A DNA stretch of 63,668 bases, filler included, from an uncultured Acidimicrobiia bacterium (GTDB lineage Bacteria > Actinomycetota > Acidimicrobiia > Spongiisociales > JAOTWH01), in the NCBI GenBank assembly GCA_964347285.1. It is 3 parts of 3 records of this genome, joined end to end, with 100 filler letters (N's around TTAATTAATTAA, not from the genome) between each part and the next. Parts side by side here need not be neighbours in the genome. Positions count along the whole stretch, not along the records: positions 26,968 to 53,550 come from CAYFYE010000027.1; 2 more parts are not named here. The stretch is one strand, 5' to 3'. Shown here in pieces: positions 27,440 through 37,203 of this stretch. The notes under the pieces were generated by a model. That model saw only the letters and a list, made by a program, of their open reading frames with translations. It made no database searches and was not told where the DNA came from. A program made the position numbers and the translations under genes. The stretch's first letter is position 1. The number at the start of each line of letters is the position of its first letter.

Positions 27440-28102
27440 ATGTCGGAGTCTGATCCCCCTGATACCGCCGAGACCATTCGGCGCCGCCGCAGCGAGCTCG
27501 GTCTGTCCCAGACCGAGCTGGCCGAACGCGTCGGCCGTACCCCTACCACCATTCGCCGATGGGAAAAGGGTGAGGCCGTGCCTGCCCCGGATGTCATCGA
27601 CCGGCTGGCCCACGTGCTCGAGGTCGATTCCGGGAGCCTGGGCGGGGCTGATGATCCTTCCCGGGAAGGCCCCGAGGCGAGTCCCTCGCCCCCTGGGGTG
27701 GTCCAGCAGGAAACTGTGACGAAGTCGGTTGCTCCGCCACCCTCTCCGGGCGGCGCCGTTCCCTTGACCGAGATGCCGACCGAGGCGGCGCCCGCCCCGG
27801 TCCCTGCCGGTCCGCGGCGGGCCGCTTCGAGGCGTGAAGAGGACACCGCCCCGCCCGCTCGTCGGCTCTCCCTGACTCGTCGTCGCTCGGTGACCGATTC
27901 GGGGGCGGCCCTCTCGTACATAGAAGATCGGCGGCAGCGGCTGCGCTATTGGCTGCGTTACCTGCTCACCGCCGTCGCCGTCCTCATCATGCTGGTGGTT
28001 CTGGTGTGGGCCTTTGGTGAGTTGCGCGATGCACTCGGGGAGGTGTGGCAGCTCTTTCAAGAGGAGACACCGGACACGTCGGTCCCCGGAACGGACTTCT
28101 AG
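27440..28102 (+). CDS. XRE-family HTH protein with Pro-rich linker and C-terminal TM helix
   Basis: 'IRRRRSELGLSQTELAERVGRTPTTIRRWEKGEAVP'; hydrophobic 'LLTAVAVLIMLVVLVWAF'. Confidence 0.8.
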   Translation: MSESDPPDTAETIRRRRSELGLSQTELAERVGRTPTTIRRWEKGEAVPAPDVIDRLAHVLEVDSGSLGGADDPSREGPEASPSPPGVVQQETVTKSVAPPPSPGGAVPLTEMPTEAAPAPVPAGPRRAASRREEDTAPPARRLSLTRRRSVTDSGAALSYIEDRRQRLRYWLRYLLTAVAVLIMLVVLVWAFGELRDALGEVWQLFQEETPDTSVPGTDF

Positions 28103-28192
28103 GGAGCATCGCCCCGCGGGGTCCCGGCGTCGCCCCCTATTCACTCTGTTGGCCGGTCATCATTGATTCCTTTCCCGGTTAGCTTGACCGGG

Positions 28193-29056
28193 GTGAGCCG
28201 TCCACTCGTCGTCCTCGGTGCTCTGGCGTGGCTGGTCGCCGCATGCGGTGGTGGTGGGACCGGGTCGGCACAGCCCGGATCCGGCGACCGGCTGCCCGAC
28301 GACGCGTTCGTGATTCGTGCCTCGTCCGATCTGTCCGTCGGCCGGGAACGGTTGCTGCTGGCCCTGGCCGCGCCCGACGGTTCCCGCCTGGGATCCCCGG
28401 ATCTCGAAGTGACCATCGCCGTGTACCCCGAAGCCGACTCGGACGCCCGCATGACGGTCCCGGGGATCTGGATGTGGGTCATCCCCGACCGGAGCGGCCT
28501 GTACCGGGCCGCGGTCGACTTCGACCGCTCCGGAACGTGGTTCGCCGAAGTCGCCGTGGTGGACCGGGTGCTCGAACCGGTGCCGCTCTTCGTCCAGACC
28601 GTGCCGGCGACCCCCGCGGTCGGGGACCCCGCTCCGCGGTCGGTGACGCCCACCGGCGCCGGGGCAGCCGAGCTGGGAGAGATCTCCTCCGACCTCGATC
28701 CCGACCCGGCCCTCTACGAGCACTCGGTGGACGAGGCGGTCGCCTCCGGTCGACCCAGCGTCATCGTGTTCGCCACCCCGCGGTTCTGCCAGACGGCGGT
28801 GTGCGCCCCCACGCTCGATGCCGTCAAGGAGATGCGGTCCGACTTCCCGGGAGTCAACTTCGTGCATGTGGAGGTGTACGACCTGGCCGCCTCGGGCGAC
28901 GCCACGTCGGTGCAGGATCTGGTTGTACATCCGGCGGTCGAGGAGTGGGGGCTGCCCACCGAGCCGTGGGTCTTCGTCGTCGACCGCAACGGCCTCATCG
29001 CCGGGCGGTTCGAGGGCATGGTCGCCCCCGAGGAGCTGCGGGCCCTGCTGGGCTGA
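28193..29056 (+). CDS. Lipoprotein with C-terminal thioredoxin-like domain (CxxxxC)
   Basis: Lipobox VAAC; 'FATPRFCQTAVCAP'; 'WGLPTEPWVFVVDRNG'. Confidence 0.75.
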   Translation: MSRPLVVLGALAWLVAACGGGGTGSAQPGSGDRLPDDAFVIRASSDLSVGRERLLLALAAPDGSRLGSPDLEVTIAVYPEADSDARMTVPGIWMWVIPDRSGLYRAAVDFDRSGTWFAEVAVVDRVLEPVPLFVQTVPATPAVGDPAPRSVTPTGAGAAELGEISSDLDPDPALYEHSVDEAVASGRPSVIVFATPRFCQTAVCAPTLDAVKEMRSDFPGVNFVHVEVYDLAASGDATSVQDLVVHPAVEEWGLPTEPWVFVVDRNGLIAGRFEGMVAPEELRALLG

Positions 29057-29132
29057 GCTTCGATTGGCTGGCAACCGGCCCCTGGGTACGATGCGGCCCG
29101 CCACAGACCCCCTCGGAGGAAAGACGCCGCTC

Positions 29133-30206
29133 GTGAACGACACCTCCCCCCCACGGAGGCGCCCGGGCCGCCTCGCGGTCGCGGCGACCGCGCTCTCGCT
29201 GGGGCTGACCGCGTGCAGCACCAACCTTCCCCAGAGCTCCTTGGAACCGGCCGGCCCGGAAGCCGAGCAGATCAACGACCTGTTCTGGCTGGTCCTGTGG
29301 ATCGCCGCGGTGATCTTCTTCCTGGTGCAGGGGGCGCTCATCGTCGCCATCGTGCGGTTCCGGCGTCGCCGCGGGGACGAGGCCAAAACTGTGAAGCAGG
29401 TGCACGGCAACACCCGGCTGGAGGTGATCTGGACCATCATCCCGGCCCTGATCCTGGCCGGGGTGGCCGTTCCGACGGTGGGCACGCTCTTCGATCTCAG
29501 AGCCGAGCCAAAGGGGGAGCGGCTGGACATCCTCGTCACCGGGCACCAGTGGTGGTGGGAGTACGAATACCCGGAATACGGGTTCATCACCGCCAACGAG
29601 CTCCATATCCCGGCCGGGGAGACCGTCTATCTGACGATGACGTCGGCCGACGTCATCCACAGCTTCTGGGTGCCTCCGATCACCGGCAAGAGGGACACCG
29701 TACCGGGGCGGACCACCCATCTGACCCTCGTGGCCGATGAGCCCACGCCGGAGGGCGAGCCCATCCTCGGCCAATGCGCCGAGTTCTGCGGGCTGTCGCA
29801 CGCCAACATGCGGATCCGGGTGTTCGTGCACACCCCGGAGGACTTCGAAGCGTGGGCCCGGGCGCAAGCACAACCCTCCGTCATACCGGAGGAGGGCTCG
29901 GCCGCGGCGGGGTGGGAGACCTTCCAGCTGGTCTGTTCGGCCTGTCATGCGATCGAAGGCACCGACGCCCAGGCCCGGCTGGCCCCCGACCTCACCCACT
30001 ACGCCTCACGCACGACGTTTGCCGGGGCGATCTTCGACAACACCCGTGAGAACGTCCACGACTGGCTGCGGGACCCGCCCGCCATGAAGCCGATGTCACC
30101 GGAGTACAACGACATCGAAGCCGGCCGGATTCTGGGGATGCCCAACTTCAACCTGACCACCGAACAGATCGAGGACCTCATCGCGCTATTGGAGGCGCTC
30201 GAGTGA
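29133..30206 (+). CDS. coxB: Cytochrome c oxidase subunit II with fused cytochrome c (caa3 type)
   Basis: Lipobox LTAC; 'GHQWWWEYEY'; CuA ligands 'DVIHSFW...CAEFCGLSHANM'; CSACH heme c motif. Confidence 0.95.
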   Translation: MNDTSPPRRRPGRLAVAATALSLGLTACSTNLPQSSLEPAGPEAEQINDLFWLVLWIAAVIFFLVQGALIVAIVRFRRRRGDEAKTVKQVHGNTRLEVIWTIIPALILAGVAVPTVGTLFDLRAEPKGERLDILVTGHQWWWEYEYPEYGFITANELHIPAGETVYLTMTSADVIHSFWVPPITGKRDTVPGRTTHLTLVADEPTPEGEPILGQCAEFCGLSHANMRIRVFVHTPEDFEAWARAQAQPSVIPEEGSAAAGWETFQLVCSACHAIEGTDAQARLAPDLTHYASRTTFAGAIFDNTRENVHDWLRDPPAMKPMSPEYNDIEAGRILGMPNFNLTTEQIEDLIALLEALE

Positions 30207-30243
30207 AGCTAAGGTCCGGCCCGATCCAGAGCCGAGGAGCGCC

Positions 30244-32112
30244 GTGGCGACCGTAGCCGAGACCCCGATCGTCGTCGGTGCGCGCCCCACCGGCATCTGG
30301 AGCTGGATCACCACCGTCGATCACAAGCGCATCGGCCTCCTCTACGGCTGGTCGGCCGTGCTCTTCTTCGTCATCGGTGGGGTGGAGGCTCTGCTGATCC
30401 GCCTCCAGCTGGCCGGCCCCAACCTCGACGTCCTGTCGGCCGACGCCTACAACCAGGTCTTCACCATGCACGGCACGACGATGGTGTTCCTCGCCATCAT
30501 GCCGATGGCCGCCGCGTTTGCCAATTACTTCCTGCCGCTGATGATCGGAGCCCGTGACGTCGCCTTCCCCCGCCTGAATGCCTTCAGCTTCTGGGTGTTC
30601 TTCTTCGGAGGCATCTTCCTCTACAGCTCGTTCATCCTCGGAGGGGCTCCCGATGGGGGATGGTTCGGGTATGCGCCGCTGTCGGTCCAGGTTTCGGAAG
30701 CGGTGCGCATGGATTTCTGGGCGCTCGGGCTCCTCACCCTGGGGGTGGCCTCGATCGCCTCCTCGGCCAACTTCATCGCCACCATCCTCACGATGCGGGC
30801 CCCCGGCATGACCCTGATGCGGATGCCTGTGTTCGTGTGGATGATGCTGGTGGTCTCGTTCCTTCTGATCTTCTCGCTTCCCACGATCACGGTCGGCCTG
30901 TTCCAGGTCGTGTTCGATCGCAACTTCGGAACGGTCTTCTACGCCGCCGACGCCGGCGGCGATGCTCTTCTGTGGCAGCACCTGTTCTGGCTGTTCGGCC
31001 ACCCCGAGGTCTACGTGTTGATCCTGCCGGCAATGGGCATGGTGTCCGAGATCCTTCCCACCTTCTCCCGCAAGCCGCTGTTCGGATACGCGTTCGTGGT
31101 GTTCGCCGGGGTTGCCATCGGCTTCATCGGCTTCGGGGTGTGGTCTCACCACATGTTCACCTCGGGCATGGGCCCGGTGGCCGAGGCCGGCTTCGCGCTG
31201 TCGACGATGATCATCGCCGTACCCACCGGCATCAAGATCTTCAACTGGATCGGCACCACCTGGGGAGGCGAGCTGCGCCTCACCACCCCGATGCTGTTCT
31301 CGCTGGGTTTCATCGCCATGTTCGTGATCGGGGGCCTGTCCGGGGTCATGCACTCGGTGGCCCCGGCCGACAGCCAGCAGCACGACAGCTACTTCGTCGT
31401 GGCCCACTTCCATTACGTGCTCGTCGGCGGGGCCATCTTCGGTTTGATGGCCGGCCTCCACTACTGGTACCCGAAGATGTCGGGGCGCATGCTCGACGAT
31501 CGGCTGGGAAAGTGGACGTTCTGGACGGCGCTGGCGGGCTTCAACTTGACCTTCGCGCCCATGCACTGGCTCGGGCTCAACGGCCAGCCCCGGCGCACCT
31601 ACACCTATGCGGACGGCCTCGGGTTCGACTTCTGGAACCTGGTCGCCACCATCGGCGCTTTCCTGCTGGCCCTGGCCGTCCTGCTGCTGATCATCAACAT
31701 GTTCAAGAGCCGCACGAGAGGAGAGGTGGCCGGGCCGGACCCGTGGGGCGGTCGCACGCTGGAATGGGAAACCTCGTCACCCCCGCCGGTGCACAACTTC
31801 GACGAGATCCCCCTGGTGGAGGGCCGCGACGACTTCTGGATCAAGAAGTACGGCTCCGACGGGGACGGTCGGGAGGCGGCTCGCGAAGTGCAGGTGCTCG
31901 GCCACCCCGACTCGTCGGCCGCAGAGAAGGGCATTCACATGCCCTCCCCGTCCTACTACCCGGCGCTCACCGCGCTCGGCATCGTGATCATGATGTACGG
32001 ATTGGTGTACTTCCCGGTGGGCCTGGTGGCCAGTGGCATCGGCGCCGTCGTGATGATGATGGGAGTGTTCGGTTGGTCCATGGAGCCGGTCGCCAAGGAG
32101 CACCACGAGTGA
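30244..32112 (+). CDS. coxA: Cytochrome c oxidase subunit I (A1 type)
   Basis: 'DHKRIG', 'FGHPEVY', 'VWSHHMF', 'VAHFHYV'. Confidence 0.97.
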   Translation: MATVAETPIVVGARPTGIWSWITTVDHKRIGLLYGWSAVLFFVIGGVEALLIRLQLAGPNLDVLSADAYNQVFTMHGTTMVFLAIMPMAAAFANYFLPLMIGARDVAFPRLNAFSFWVFFFGGIFLYSSFILGGAPDGGWFGYAPLSVQVSEAVRMDFWALGLLTLGVASIASSANFIATILTMRAPGMTLMRMPVFVWMMLVVSFLLIFSLPTITVGLFQVVFDRNFGTVFYAADAGGDALLWQHLFWLFGHPEVYVLILPAMGMVSEILPTFSRKPLFGYAFVVFAGVAIGFIGFGVWSHHMFTSGMGPVAEAGFALSTMIIAVPTGIKIFNWIGTTWGGELRLTTPMLFSLGFIAMFVIGGLSGVMHSVAPADSQQHDSYFVVAHFHYVLVGGAIFGLMAGLHYWYPKMSGRMLDDRLGKWTFWTALAGFNLTFAPMHWLGLNGQPRRTYTYADGLGFDFWNLVATIGAFLLALAVLLLIINMFKSRTRGEVAGPDPWGGRTLEWETSSPPPVHNFDEIPLVEGRDDFWIKKYGSDGDGREAAREVQVLGHPDSSAAEKGIHMPSPSYYPALTALGIVIMMYGLVYFPVGLVASGIGAVVMMMGVFGWSMEPVAKEHHE

Positions 32113-32705
32113 CCGACACCACCGCCCCGATCGCTCCCGCCGAGCATCCGCCGATGCCCATCGTCCGCAAGACGGCCATGTGGGTCTTCCTCGGCTCCGA
32201 GTGCGTGTTCTTCGGCGCGATGATCTCGACGTTTCTCCTGTACGTGAGCCGCACCGAGGGCGGGCCGACCCCCGAGGAGCTGTTCGACATCCCGTTCACG
32301 TCGACGAGCTCGTTCATCCTGCTGATGAGCTCGCTGACGATGGTGCTGGCCCATCACGCCACCGAACGCCGCGACCCCAGGGCGATGAGGATCTGGCTGA
32401 GCGCCACCGCCCTGCTCGGCGCTACGTTTCTCGCCGGCCAAGTGTTCGAGTTCACCGAGTTCGTGCATGAGGGCCTGACGCTGAGCGTCAGCCCGTTCGG
32501 GAGCAGCTTCTTCATGCTCACCGGCTTCCATGGTGCCCACGTGGCCGTGGGGGTCATCATGCTGGTGGCCATGGTCCTGATGTCCCTGGGCGGTCGCCTG
32601 CGCCCCAACGAGGGGATGAACGTGGAATTGGTGGGTCTCTACTGGCATTTCGTCGACGTGGTCTGGATCGCCATCTTCATGGCGGTGTACCTGTTGCAGG
32701 TGTGA
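32109..32705 (+). CDS. coxC: Cytochrome c oxidase subunit III
   Basis: 'MWVFLGSE', 'TGFHGAHV', 'LYWHFVDVVW'. Confidence 0.95.
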   Translation: MTDTTAPIAPAEHPPMPIVRKTAMWVFLGSECVFFGAMISTFLLYVSRTEGGPTPEELFDIPFTSTSSFILLMSSLTMVLAHHATERRDPRAMRIWLSATALLGATFLAGQVFEFTEFVHEGLTLSVSPFGSSFFMLTGFHGAHVAVGVIMLVAMVLMSLGGRLRPNEGMNVELVGLYWHFVDVVWIAIFMAVYLLQV

Positions 32706-32707
32706 CG

Positions 32708-33001
32708 ATGGATCGAGCTGTCGCCCACCCACACCCCCGCCAGTACTGGCTGGTCTTCCTCCTGCTGGCGGTGATCACGGCCGTCGAGGTCGCCGTCGTT
32801 TACATCGATGCGCTCAGAAGCGTTCTGGCGGCCCTGCTGGTCGTTCTGGCCGGCGCCAAGTTCGCCCTGGTGGCCCGCTGGTACATGCATCTCAAATTCG
32901 ACAAGCCGCTTTACAGCCGGTTCTTCCTGGTGGGCATCGTGGGCAGCCTGGGGATGTTCGCGGTCGTGCTGGCCACATTCGGGGTGGTCCTCGCCTCGTG
33001 A
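32708..33001 (+). CDS. coxD: Cytochrome c oxidase subunit IV
   Basis: 'LLAVITAVEV', 'KFALVARWYMHLKFD'; operon position. Confidence 0.88.
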   Translation: MDRAVAHPHPRQYWLVFLLLAVITAVEVAVVYIDALRSVLAALLVVLAGAKFALVARWYMHLKFDKPLYSRFFLVGIVGSLGMFAVVLATFGVVLAS

Positions 33002-33831
33002 CCGACCCGCCGGTCCCGGGCGACACCTCCGAGATCCTGGCTTTCCACGCCCATCTCGATGTGTGGGGGCTGGCGGTAGCGCTCGGCCTTCTCTACGAAT
33101 ACGGGATCCGCCGTCTGGCCGGTCGGTACGCTCCCCTAGGCGAGCCGACGGTCACCACCCGGCAGCGATGGTTCTTCTACGGCGGCCTGGTGGCCATGGT
33201 GGCGGTGACGAGCTGGCCCCTCCACGACATCGGCGAGGGCAGCCTCTTCATGTTCCACATGACCGAGCACATGATCCTGGCGCTGGCCGTCCCGCCCCTG
33301 ATCCTGCTCGGGACTCCCTGGTGGCTGATGAGGCTGGTGGTCGCGCCGATCATGCCGGCGATGCGGTTCCTCACCAAGCCGCTGATCGCACTCCTGGCCT
33401 TCAACGGCGTGCTGGCCGCCCTCCACATCCCCCGGGTGGTCGAGCTGATGGTGACCAGCGAGCTCTTCCACCTCGCCGCTCACGGCTTGCTGATGCTGAC
33501 GGCGTTTCTCATGTGGTGGCCGGTGATCGGGCCGATCCCCGATCTGCCCCGCCTGCCTCCATTCCTCCGAATCGGCTACCTCTTCCTGCAGTCGCTGGTT
33601 CCCACCGTTCCTGCCTCTTTTCTCACGCTCGCCCAGGGGACCGTGTACAAGGCGTACGAGCAATTTCCCCGGCTGTGGGACATTTCCATCCAAACCGATC
33701 AAACCGTTGCTGGACTGATCATGAAGTTCGGTGGCGGCGCGGTCATCTGGACGGCCATCGCCATCACGTTCTTCAGCTGGTTCGCCGAAGAGGAGCGCTC
33801 CGCGCTCGGTGTCGGTCCGACCCCTCGCTGA
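32998..33831 (+). CDS. ctaG: caa3 oxidase assembly factor CtaG
   Basis: 'FMFHMTEHMIL...PPLILLGTP', 'DQTVAGLIMK'; follows cox genes. Confidence 0.85.
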   Translation: MTDPPVPGDTSEILAFHAHLDVWGLAVALGLLYEYGIRRLAGRYAPLGEPTVTTRQRWFFYGGLVAMVAVTSWPLHDIGEGSLFMFHMTEHMILALAVPPLILLGTPWWLMRLVVAPIMPAMRFLTKPLIALLAFNGVLAALHIPRVVELMVTSELFHLAAHGLLMLTAFLMWWPVIGPIPDLPRLPPFLRIGYLFLQSLVPTVPASFLTLAQGTVYKAYEQFPRLWDISIQTDQTVAGLIMKFGGGAVIWTAIAITFFSWFAEEERSALGVGPTPR

Positions 33832-34123
33832 GCGGACGGTCCTGGCGGCGGCGCTACTCGTCCTGGCAGGGGGGTGTGGAGGCGACGCCACCGATCGCGT
33901 GGAGGGGGTGGTGATCGACGTATCCGGCGACCTGGAGACCGTGGAGAGCTTCACGATCAGGACATCCGACGGACTGGATCTGGTCTTCGAGCCGGCACCG
34001 ACGGCGACGTTCCACGAGGGGCCGCTGGTGCACCTCACCGATCATCTTCGATCCGGGGAGCCGGTTGCGGTGACCTACGAGGAGGATGGCTCCCGGCTGG
34101 TTGCGTTGGAAGTCTCGGACTGA
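33809..34123 (+). CDS. Small putative lipoprotein, beta-rich
   Basis: Lipobox-like AGGC after hydrophobic stretch; overlaps ctaG end; 'FHEGPLVHLTDHL'. Confidence 0.6.
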   Translation: MSVRPLAERTVLAAALLVLAGGCGGDATDRVEGVVIDVSGDLETVESFTIRTSDGLDLVFEPAPTATFHEGPLVHLTDHLRSGEPVAVTYEEDGSRLVALEVSD

Positions 34124-34857
34124 GCCTCCCCCCCGTCGCCGGACGGGGGCGGATGTGCGGCGATGAGCGCTCCCAGGGCGAGCACGATGATGGCCACGCC
34201 GCCGGCCAGGATCACGGCGGTGGCATTCGTGCCGGCCAGGAGGGCCCGGGAGAGTCCGAATACGACGGCACCGATCAGCACCACCGCCAGCACCGGCACC
34301 ACCATGGCGGGCATCGATTCCCGGGCAAATGCAGACCGGCTCTCCGGCCAGGCTTCGCCCTCGAGGCCGAGGACGACCGGTCGAGAGAGGCGCTCGGCGG
34401 CGACTGCGGCGGTGGCTCCCGCTCCGGCTCCGGTGAGGAGGAAGACGATGATGGCCCGGAACACCGACAGCGTGACCACGCCCGCGGTGATAATTCCTCC
34501 GACACCGATACCGGCCCGCAGGACGCCGTAGGCCACCACGGCCGCGAGAACGGCTCCGGCGATCGTCACCGGTCCCGGTCGGAAACGGGGCTCGGCCGGA
34601 TCGACGATGCCCGAGACGACGGCGGTGAGGAACGCCACGAGGGCACCACCGAAGGTTGCCGAGGCCAGGACATACAGGTAGAGCGACCCGTCGGCCACGA
34701 CGAAGATGCCCCGGCCTCCGGAGGTGGCGGCGTCGACGGTGACGAAATCGAGGGCTCCGTCCATGACCAGACCGGCGCTGAGCGCGGTGGCCACCAGAGC
34801 GATCATCGTGCCGGCAACAGCGCCGAGAGAGGCAATGAGGGCGACCCGTCGCCACAT
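34075..34857 (-). CDS. Hypothetical membrane protein
   Basis: About six hydrophobic helices; no recognised motif. Confidence 0.65.
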   Translation of the reverse strand: MWRRVALIASLGAVAGTMIALVATALSAGLVMDGALDFVTVDAATSGGRGIFVVADGSLYLYVLASATFGGALVAFLTAVVSGIVDPAEPRFRPGPVTIAGAVLAAVVAYGVLRAGIGVGGIITAGVVTLSVFRAIIVFLLTGAGAGATAAVAAERLSRPVVLGLEGEAWPESRSAFARESMPAMVVPVLAVVLIGAVVFGLSRALLAGTNATAVILAGGVAIIVLALGALIAAHPPPSGDGGEAQSETSNATSREPSSS

Positions 34858-34888
34858 GGCCGGCAATCTTACCGACCGTCGGTCCGGC

Positions 34889-35947
34889 TCAGCCTGCCGG
34901 GGCGGCGCAGGCGTTCGGCGAGTAGATGCCCCCTACCTTGCCGTCCGGATCGGCCGAGGTCACCGGGCCCCACAGGAGAAGAGTGTTGTCCTGGTTACGC
35001 AACTCGAACACCAGGCCGCTGTCGTCATCCACTACGTAGTTGATCACGAAGTCGTCGGCATAGATGGATTCAAGGGTCTCAACGGTGTCGCCGGCCCGGA
35101 GCCCGCTGACCGTGCGCAGTTCGGCTGAAAGCGAATCGAGATCGCCGAAGGCAAGATCGAGCCGGTAACCGGCAAAGCTCGGCAAGCCCTCGGGGTCGGT
35201 GATCACGACGGCCAGCGGACCCCAGCGGACCACTCGCACGGTATCTCCCGGACAAGCACCGTAAACCCCGGATGAGATGAAGGTGCCACTGTCCTCGTTC
35301 GGTTGACCGAAGGTCGCCGTCAAACGACCCAGGATCTCGTTTCCGTCCGCCCCCATCAGCAGAGGGCCGATGCCGCTGCTGGCCATGCGGAGGTCGTCGA
35401 GCGGGATGGGATCTCCTGTTGCCTCGATGGGAGCCGGGGTCGTGGCAGTCACTGCCGGGGTGGTGCTCGTGGTGGGCAAAGCCAGCGTCGTGGCCGTCGC
35501 CGGCGCCTCGGTCGTCGTGGTGGTGGTTTCTGCCGCCGGAGGGACCGCTTGTTCGGTGCCCCCGTCGGGCTCTCGACGGAACAAGAGGAAGCCGACGATG
35601 CTCACGACTGCCAACGTGACTCCGACCAGCAATCCGACGAGGAACGGCGGGAGACTCGATCCGCGCCGGGTCGGCGGAGGCGGTTCGCCCTCATCGAGCG
35701 GCCACTCGCCGGGATCTGCGGGAAGGTCGTCGAGCTGCTCGTAGGCCGACGGCTTGGCGGCCTCGCCTCGCGAAGGCGGTGGCCCGGGGCGGCGGACCAC
35801 TACCTCGGGCGGCTCCTCGGGCGGCTCNNNNNNNNNNNNNNNNNNNNNNNNNNNNNNNNNNNNNNNNNNNNNNNNNNNNNNNNNNNNNNNNNNNNNNNNN
35901 NNNNNNNNNNNNNNNNNNNNNNNNNNNGTGTCGTCGTCGTTGCTCAA
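34889..35947 (-). CDS. Membrane-anchored protein, Thr/Pro linker plus ~170-aa extracellular domain (spans a gap; start uncertain)
   Basis: Single TM helix, TTTTT linker; C-terminal domain paralogous to that of 37204-38268. Confidence 0.75.
   Translation of the reverse strand: MSNDDDXXXXXXXXXXXXXXXXXXXXXXXXXXXXXXXXXXEPPEEPPEVVVRRPGPPPSRGEAAKPSAYEQLDDLPADPGEWPLDEGEPPPPTRRGSSLPPFLVGLLVGVTLAVVSIVGFLLFRREPDGGTEQAVPPAAETTTTTTEAPATATTLALPTTSTTPAVTATTPAPIEATGDPIPLDDLRMASSGIGPLLMGADGNEILGRLTATFGQPNEDSGTFISSGVYGACPGDTVRVVRWGPLAVVITDPEGLPSFAGYRLDLAFGDLDSLSAELRTVSGLRAGDTVETLESIYADDFVINYVVDDDSGLVFELRNQDNTLLLWGPVTSADPDGKVGGIYSPNACAAPAG
35828..35927. other. 100-N scaffold gap inside a CDS, next to an EPPEEPPE repeat
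   Basis: N-run without linker. Confidence 0.9.
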
Positions 35948-35972
35948 GTCTTCTGCATCCTAAGGTGCCGGG

Positions 35973-37043
35973 CTAGCCGGCCTCTGAGGAGGGGTCCGAG
36001 GAGTACACGTCGGAGAGCAGATCACTGAACGCCAACTCCGGCCTCAATACCTGAGCACCGCTCGGGGTCGTGTAGTCGGAGACCGGGATCTGGAGCCGGG
36101 CGAAGTCGTCGGCTCCCAGATTGCGCATCCTCCAAACCAGGCGCAGGGCGCTCGGCAAGGACAGGTTCTCGTCCACGGTGAAGGCGTCGCTGAGGCTGTC
36201 CACTTTGTCGGTCAGCTCGCCGAGCGAATCGAACTCCTTGAGGCGGTCGAACAGCTGGAAGATCACGTCCTGTTGATGGAGCTGTCGGGTGAAGTCGCTC
36301 TGGCCGGGGATGAGCCGCCATCTTCCGTTCACGAGCTCCTGGGCTTTGCGGCTCCGAACCCATCCCAGAGCCTGGTCTCCGGTGGCTCTGGTACACCCGG
36401 CGGGCAACTGGAGCTGCGCGTCGAAGTCGCGCACCGGGTTTTCGACGCAGATCGTTACCCCTCCCACCTCGTCGATGATGCGCCGAAAGCCGTCGAATTC
36501 GAACAGGGCGAAATGGTCCACCTCGATGCCGGTGTATGCCTCGATGGCGAGTCCCAGGAGCTCCGGTCCGGTGGCCTCTTCACCGCAGCCGTTGAAGTTG
36601 GCATTGATGCGCATGTACGCGCCTCCGCAGGGACTGGGGAGGTAGAGGTCGCGAGGAATCGAGACGAGGGCCGGGATCTCCCCCTCCGGGAACAGAAAGA
36701 GCATGATGACGTCGGCCCGGGCTCCCCCAAACCCGGCCCGAGCGTCGCTCCCCACGACCAGGAACGAGCTGAATGATTCGTCGTCGACCGGCCGGCCCCG
36801 TACGACCATGGCCGGCGACGGTTCCTCGCCTGCCGGCGCTTCGGGCAGCTCCTGGAGCCGGGCCCGGGTCGCTTCGAGATCCCAGGGGACCCGCTCCAGC
36901 CCTTGCCAGGAGCGCCACAGCTTCAAGCCGGTCCATCCAAAGAAGCCGACGGCCAGCAGGGCGAGCGCGATCAGACCGCGCTTGATGAAGACGATCGTTC
37001 TATCGGCCGGGCGCTCGCCGGCGTACGGGTCAATGGTCGACAC
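35973..37043 (-). CDS. LCP (LytR-CpsA-Psr) family phosphotransferase
   Basis: 'LVVGSDAR', 'RADVIML', 'VSIPRDL', 'IIDEVGGV', 'ALGWVRSR', 'SDFTR'. Confidence 0.92.
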   Translation of the reverse strand: MSTIDPYAGERPADRTIVFIKRGLIALALLAVGFFGWTGLKLWRSWQGLERVPWDLEATRARLQELPEAPAGEEPSPAMVVRGRPVDDESFSSFLVVGSDARAGFGGARADVIMLFLFPEGEIPALVSIPRDLYLPSPCGGAYMRINANFNGCGEEATGPELLGLAIEAYTGIEVDHFALFEFDGFRRIIDEVGGVTICVENPVRDFDAQLQLPAGCTRATGDQALGWVRSRKAQELVNGRWRLIPGQSDFTRQLHQQDVIFQLFDRLKEFDSLGELTDKVDSLSDAFTVDENLSLPSALRLVWRMRNLGADDFARLQIPVSDYTTPSGAQVLRPELAFSDLLSDVYSSDPSSEAG

Positions 37044-37203
37044 GGTGCTCTATTCGACGGCGGCACGGCCGCAAGGTGAGCACGAATGAGCACGCCGAAT
37101 CAGAGACCATCCGGCGATGCTCCTCCGTCCTCCTCGCGCCCCAACCGCGAAGGCTCTGGGGGCGCGGCAGTCTACCGGCGCACGGCGGTGCGCCAACCGC
37201 GGC

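Noticed and set aside
37121..37140. CCTCCTCGC resembling the HDV ribozyme L3 loop
   Set aside because: Flanking bases cannot form P3 or the nested pseudoknot
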